From NCBI GenBank assembly GCA_963692865.2, contig OY843592.1:1344001-1408000 (forward strand): a DNA stretch of 64,000 nt, read 5' to 3'. This document shows positions 60,488 through 64,000 of the stretch, one piece after another (within the stretch, counting starts at the first letter, position 1; every line of letters starts with the position of its first letter). The position numbers and the translations under genes are program-made. The notes under the pieces were generated by a model. The model did not search any database. It was not told where the DNA came from and worked only from the letters and a program-made list of their open reading frames with translations. The DNA is from a bacterium. Its GTDB lineage: Bacteria; UBA8248.

Positions 60488-61297
60488 ATGTCAGGCCTCC
60501 CGACGGAGCCGGCCGACCTCGCCGACGTGCAGGCGAGCGCGGATGAGCGCAACGTCAAGATAGACAAGGTGGGTGTCAAGAACATCCGCTATCCCATCGT
60601 GGTGAAGGACCGGGCGAAGGACGCCCAGCACACCATCGGCAACGTCAACATGTACGTGGACCTGCCGCACCACTTCAAGGGCACCCACATGAGCCGCTTC
60701 CTGGAGGTGCTGAACGAGCACACCGACGCCATCGGCGTGGACAGCGTGCCCTCGCTCCTGCAGACAATCCGAGAGCGACTGGACGCCCAGACGGCGCATT
60801 TCTCCGTGACCTTCCCCTACTTCATGCACAAGGCCGCTCCGGTGACGGGCGCGGAGGGCCTGATGGCGCTCGAATGCGGCTTCGAGGCTTCCGCCGGCGC
60901 CGTGGACGACTTCGTCCTGAGCATCATGGTGCGCATCGCCACGCTTTGTCCGTGCTCCAAGGAGATCAGCCTGCGCGGCGCGCACAACCAGCGGGGGCAC
61001 GTTCGCATCAAGGTGCGCTTCGACGGCGAGTTCTGGATCGAGGAGCTCGTCGAGGTCGCCGAGAGCGCGGGAAGCTGCGCGCTCTACCCGATCCTGAAGC
61101 GCGAGGACGAGAAGTTCGTCACAGAGACGGCTTTCGACAACCCCCGCTTCGTGGAGGACGTGGTGCGCGAGGCGGCCCTCCTGCTCCGGAACGACGAGCG
61201 CATCCGGTGGTTCCAGGTGGAGGTGGAGAACTTCGAGTCCATTCACGACCACAACGCCTACGCCTTCATCGAGGAAGAGGTGCGCCGCGGGGAGTAG
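60488..61297 (+). CDS. folE2: GTP cyclohydrolase I FolE2
   Basis: DVQ, IDKVGV, KGTHMSRF, TLCPCSKEIS, AHNQR, LKREDEK, NPRFVED, ESIH.HNA. Confidence 0.95.
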   Translation: MSGLPTEPADLADVQASADERNVKIDKVGVKNIRYPIVVKDRAKDAQHTIGNVNMYVDLPHHFKGTHMSRFLEVLNEHTDAIGVDSVPSLLQTIRERLDAQTAHFSVTFPYFMHKAAPVTGAEGLMALECGFEASAGAVDDFVLSIMVRIATLCPCSKEISLRGAHNQRGHVRIKVRFDGEFWIEELVEVAESAGSCALYPILKREDEKFVTETAFDNPRFVEDVVREAALLLRNDERIRWFQVEVENFESIHDHNAYAFIEEEVRRGE

Positions 61298-61420
61298 TTC
61301 GTTTCTGGCGGGTGCTTGCTCGGGATGAGAGCGTTTGGATCAAGTAGGGGCGGTTCGCGAACCGCCCCTACGCTTTTTCCAGCCTATCGTCATTCCCGGC
61401 CAACGATGGAGAATCATACC

Positions 61421-61448
61421 GTAGGGACAGGTCGCGACCTGTCCCTAC
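61421..61448. repeat. GTAG-type REP palindrome GTAGGGACAGGTCGCGACCTGTCCCTAC
   Basis: Identical to 114-141; variants near 43023, 47905 and 57505. Confidence 0.85.
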
Positions 61449-62297
61449 CACCGTGCTGCGTCTTCATTTCTCCATAGGGGACGCCTACGGGATTGTTGAA
61501 AAAGCCCGTTTTCGTGATTGTGCGTTGCGTATGGAGTGGAGTGGAGTCGACCGAAGAGAGAGGAGACATCACTCCCCCCTTGAGGGTCTGGCTTCCCGAG
61601 GGGAAAGCCAGACGATGAAGCCGAGCGGTTTGTGCGAAGGCTGAATCGGTGGGGGGTGAAACGCGTTTGATCGCCATTCCGAATTCTACCCCCCACCGCA
61701 TCGGATTTCGCCTAAAGGCTCATCCTCTGCGACTCCCCCTCAAGGGGGGAGTGAAATTCAGCTCGCTCCTTCTGAGGGCTTTTCCAACACCCCCCTGAAG
61801 TTTGCCCCCTCAAGAAGTTGTTGAAAAACTCTCATCAATCGGGTTTGGTCTGTAGGGGACGCATACATGCGTCCCGCATACCACGAGCCGGACGGGCCGC
61901 ATATATGTCGGACATATATGTCCGACCTACACCAGGCTTACGACCAAAACGACGGTGCGGGGTGAGGACGTGAAAGAAACGAAAAGGCAGAGTCAAAATG
62001 GATTCCGGCTTTCGCCGGAATGACGATGGGCTACGGGTCGAGGCGGCGCAGGGGCGGGTCGCGGACCCATGAGGGCCCCCTTCGACGGGCTTCGGGCAGG
62101 CTTTCGAGATACTGCTTTCGGCCGCTACTCGGGGTGAGGCTGCACGCGCGGCTAAGAGAGCGGCGGTATTCCATGCGTCGCGCGGCGGCACTCAAGATTC
62201 CCTCATCAAGTTTCGCGCTTTTCTCGCGCCGGAAAATCGCTTATAACCACTCCTCGGTTTGGGTTTTGGTCTTTAAGCATTTGATTCGGGATGGTTT

Positions 62298-64000
62298 ATG
62301 GATACTCACCAAAGAGGCGAGCGGGTAGACGCCCTCATGGAGCTTCTCGCGTCGCGCATCGTGATCATCGACGGCGCGATGGGCACCATGCTCCAGGACG
62401 AGAATCTGGACGAGGCCGCCTGCAGGGGCGAGCGCTTCGCCGATCACCCCTGCGACTTGAAGGGGAACCACGATCTGCTCGGCATCACGCAGCCCGACGT
62501 CGTCAGGCGGATTCACGGCGATTTCCTCGAAGCGGGCGCGGACATCATCGAGACGAACTCGTTCAACTCGACGGCCATCTCCCAGGCGGACTACCGGATG
62601 GAGGAGGCGGTTTATGAGATGAGCGAGGCCTCCGCTCGTCTGGCCCGCGAGGCGGCGGACGCCTTCGAGCGCGCGCATCCGGGGGAGCCGCGCTTCGTGG
62701 CCGGGGTACTGGGACCCACGAACCGCACCGCCTCCATCTCGCCGAGGGTGAACGAGCCGGGATTCCGGAACGTCAGTTTTGAAGAACTGGTGGCGGCCTA
62801 CACCACTTCGATTCGCGGCCTTATCAATGGCGGCGCCGACCTGCTCCTGGTCGAGACCGTATTCGACACCCTGAACTGCAAGGCCGTCATGTTCGCCGCC
62901 GAGCAGTTTTTCGAGGACGAGGGGTTTCGCGTCCCCGTCATGATTTCGGGAACCATCACCGACGCGAGCGGACGCACCCTTTCGGGTCAGACGACCGAGG
63001 CGTTCTGGAACTCGGTCGCGGGCTACCGGCCCATCTGCGTGGGGCTCAACTGCGCCCTGGGGGCCGAGGATCTGCGCCCCTACATACGCGAGCTATCCCG
63101 CGTGGCTGACGTTCCCGTGAGCATCTACCCCAACGCGGGCCTCCCCAACGAGTTCGGCGAATACGACGACACGCCTGAGTACATGGCCGAGGTGCTCGCC
63201 GAATTCGCCCGCAGCGGCTTCCTGAACATGGTGGGCGGCTGCTGCGGCACCACGCCCGCGCACGTCCGCGCGATCAAGGAAGCGGTGGCGGGCTTCGCGC
63301 CGCGCCGGATACCCGAGATTCCGCCGCGCTGCCGTCTGAGCGGCCTGGAGCCGCTGAACATCGGCCCCGAGACGGGGTTCGTGAACGTGGGCGAGCGCGC
63401 GAACGTGGCGGGTTCGGCGCGCTTCGCGAAACTGATCCGCGAGGGCGACTACGAGAAGGCGGTCGAGGTCGCCCGCGAGCAGGTGGAAAACGGCGCCCAG
63501 ATCATCGACGTGAACATGGACGAGGGGATGCTCGACTCGGAAGAGGCGATGACCACCTTCCTGAGGCTCATCGCCGCCGAGCCCGACATCAGCCGCGTGC
63601 CCGTGATGATCGACTCCTCCAAGTGGGAGGTGATCGAGGCGGGCCTCAAGTGCCTGCAGGGAAAGCCCATCGTCAACTCCATCAGCCTGAAAGAAGGGGA
63701 GAAGGCCTTCATTGAGCAGGCGCGGCTCGTGAAGCGCTACGGCGCCGCTGTACTGGTGATGGCCTTCGACGAGACGGGCCAGGCGGAGAGCGCGGAGCGC
63801 AAGTTCGAGATTTGCGAGCGGGCGTACGGGATTCTCACGCGCGAGGTGGGTTTTTCGCCCAGCGACGTCATCTTCGACCCCAACATCTTCGCCGTCGCCA
63901 CCGGCATCGAGGAGCACAACGAATACGCCGCCGCCTATTTCGATGCCGTCGCGCGCATCAAGACCGGACTCCCCGGCGCGCTCGTGAGCGGCGGGGTGAG
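62298..64000 (+). CDS. metH: B12-dependent methionine synthase (5' part, runs off the window)
   Basis: [66 protein letters not shown]; missed by the ORF track because it has no stop in the window. Confidence 0.96.
   Translation, partial: MDTHQRGERVDALMELLASRIVIIDGAMGTMLQDENLDEAACRGERFADHPCDLKGNHDLLGITQPDVVRRIHGDFLEAGADIIETNSFNSTAISQADYRMEEAVYEMSEASARLAREAADAFERAHPGEPRFVAGVLGPTNRTASISPRVNEPGFRNVSFEELVAAYTTSIRGLINGGADLLLVETVFDTLNCKAVMFAAEQFFEDEGFRVPVMISGTITDASGRTLSGQTTEAFWNSVAGYRPICVGLNCALGAEDLRPYIRELSRVADVPVSIYPNAGLPNEFGEYDDTPEYMAEVLAEFARSGFLNMVGGCCGTTPAHVRAIKEAVAGFAPRRIPEIPPRCRLSGLEPLNIGPETGFVNVGERANVAGSARFAKLIREGDYEKAVEVAREQVENGAQIIDVNMDEGMLDSEEAMTTFLRLIAAEPDISRVPVMIDSSKWEVIEAGLKCLQGKPIVNSISLKEGEKAFIEQARLVKRYGAAVLVMAFDETGQAESAERKFEICERAYGILTREVGFSPSDVIFDPNIFAVATGIEEHNEYAAAYFDAVARIKTGLPGALVSGGV

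Noticed and set aside
1-64000. Integron cassette array, prophage or autonomous IS explaining the accessory inserts
   Set aside because: No integrase, transposase, RAYT or phage structural genes seen; repeats lack consistent attC ends

Overview
GC-rich bacterial chromosomal window. Housekeeping genes: smpB, ssrA (tmRNA), ppk1-ppx, pdxH, ftsH, folE2 and the 5' part of metH. They are interleaved with catabolic and transport genes (TTT, TAXI-TRAP and sugar ABC transporters, CoA transferase, acyl-CoA dehydrogenase, three tandem paralogue pairs, a bacterial ERG24-type sterol reductase) and many small AT-richer defence or toxin-antitoxin insertions. Intergenic DNA is packed with REP-like hairpins and nested MITE-like containers. 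Gene content suggests a host-associated (possibly sponge) symbiont, but that is inference. Main finds: (1) a deiodinase-like selenoprotein split by the ORF caller at an in-frame UGA followed by a clear SECIS hairpin; (2) a STAS/HATPase + STAS(DUF4325) + PIN three-gene cassette behind a duplicated copy of the ftsH promoter/leader, a candidate partner-switch-controlled toxin or defence system, whose PIN gene has an in-frame TGA; (3) a ~13.5 kb transporter island bracketed by ~400 bp inverted repeats with no transposase, containing an ABC ATPase with a ~155-aa membrane domain inserted in its second NBD and an oversized TRAP permease. All calls are from motif reading by eye; no searches were run.
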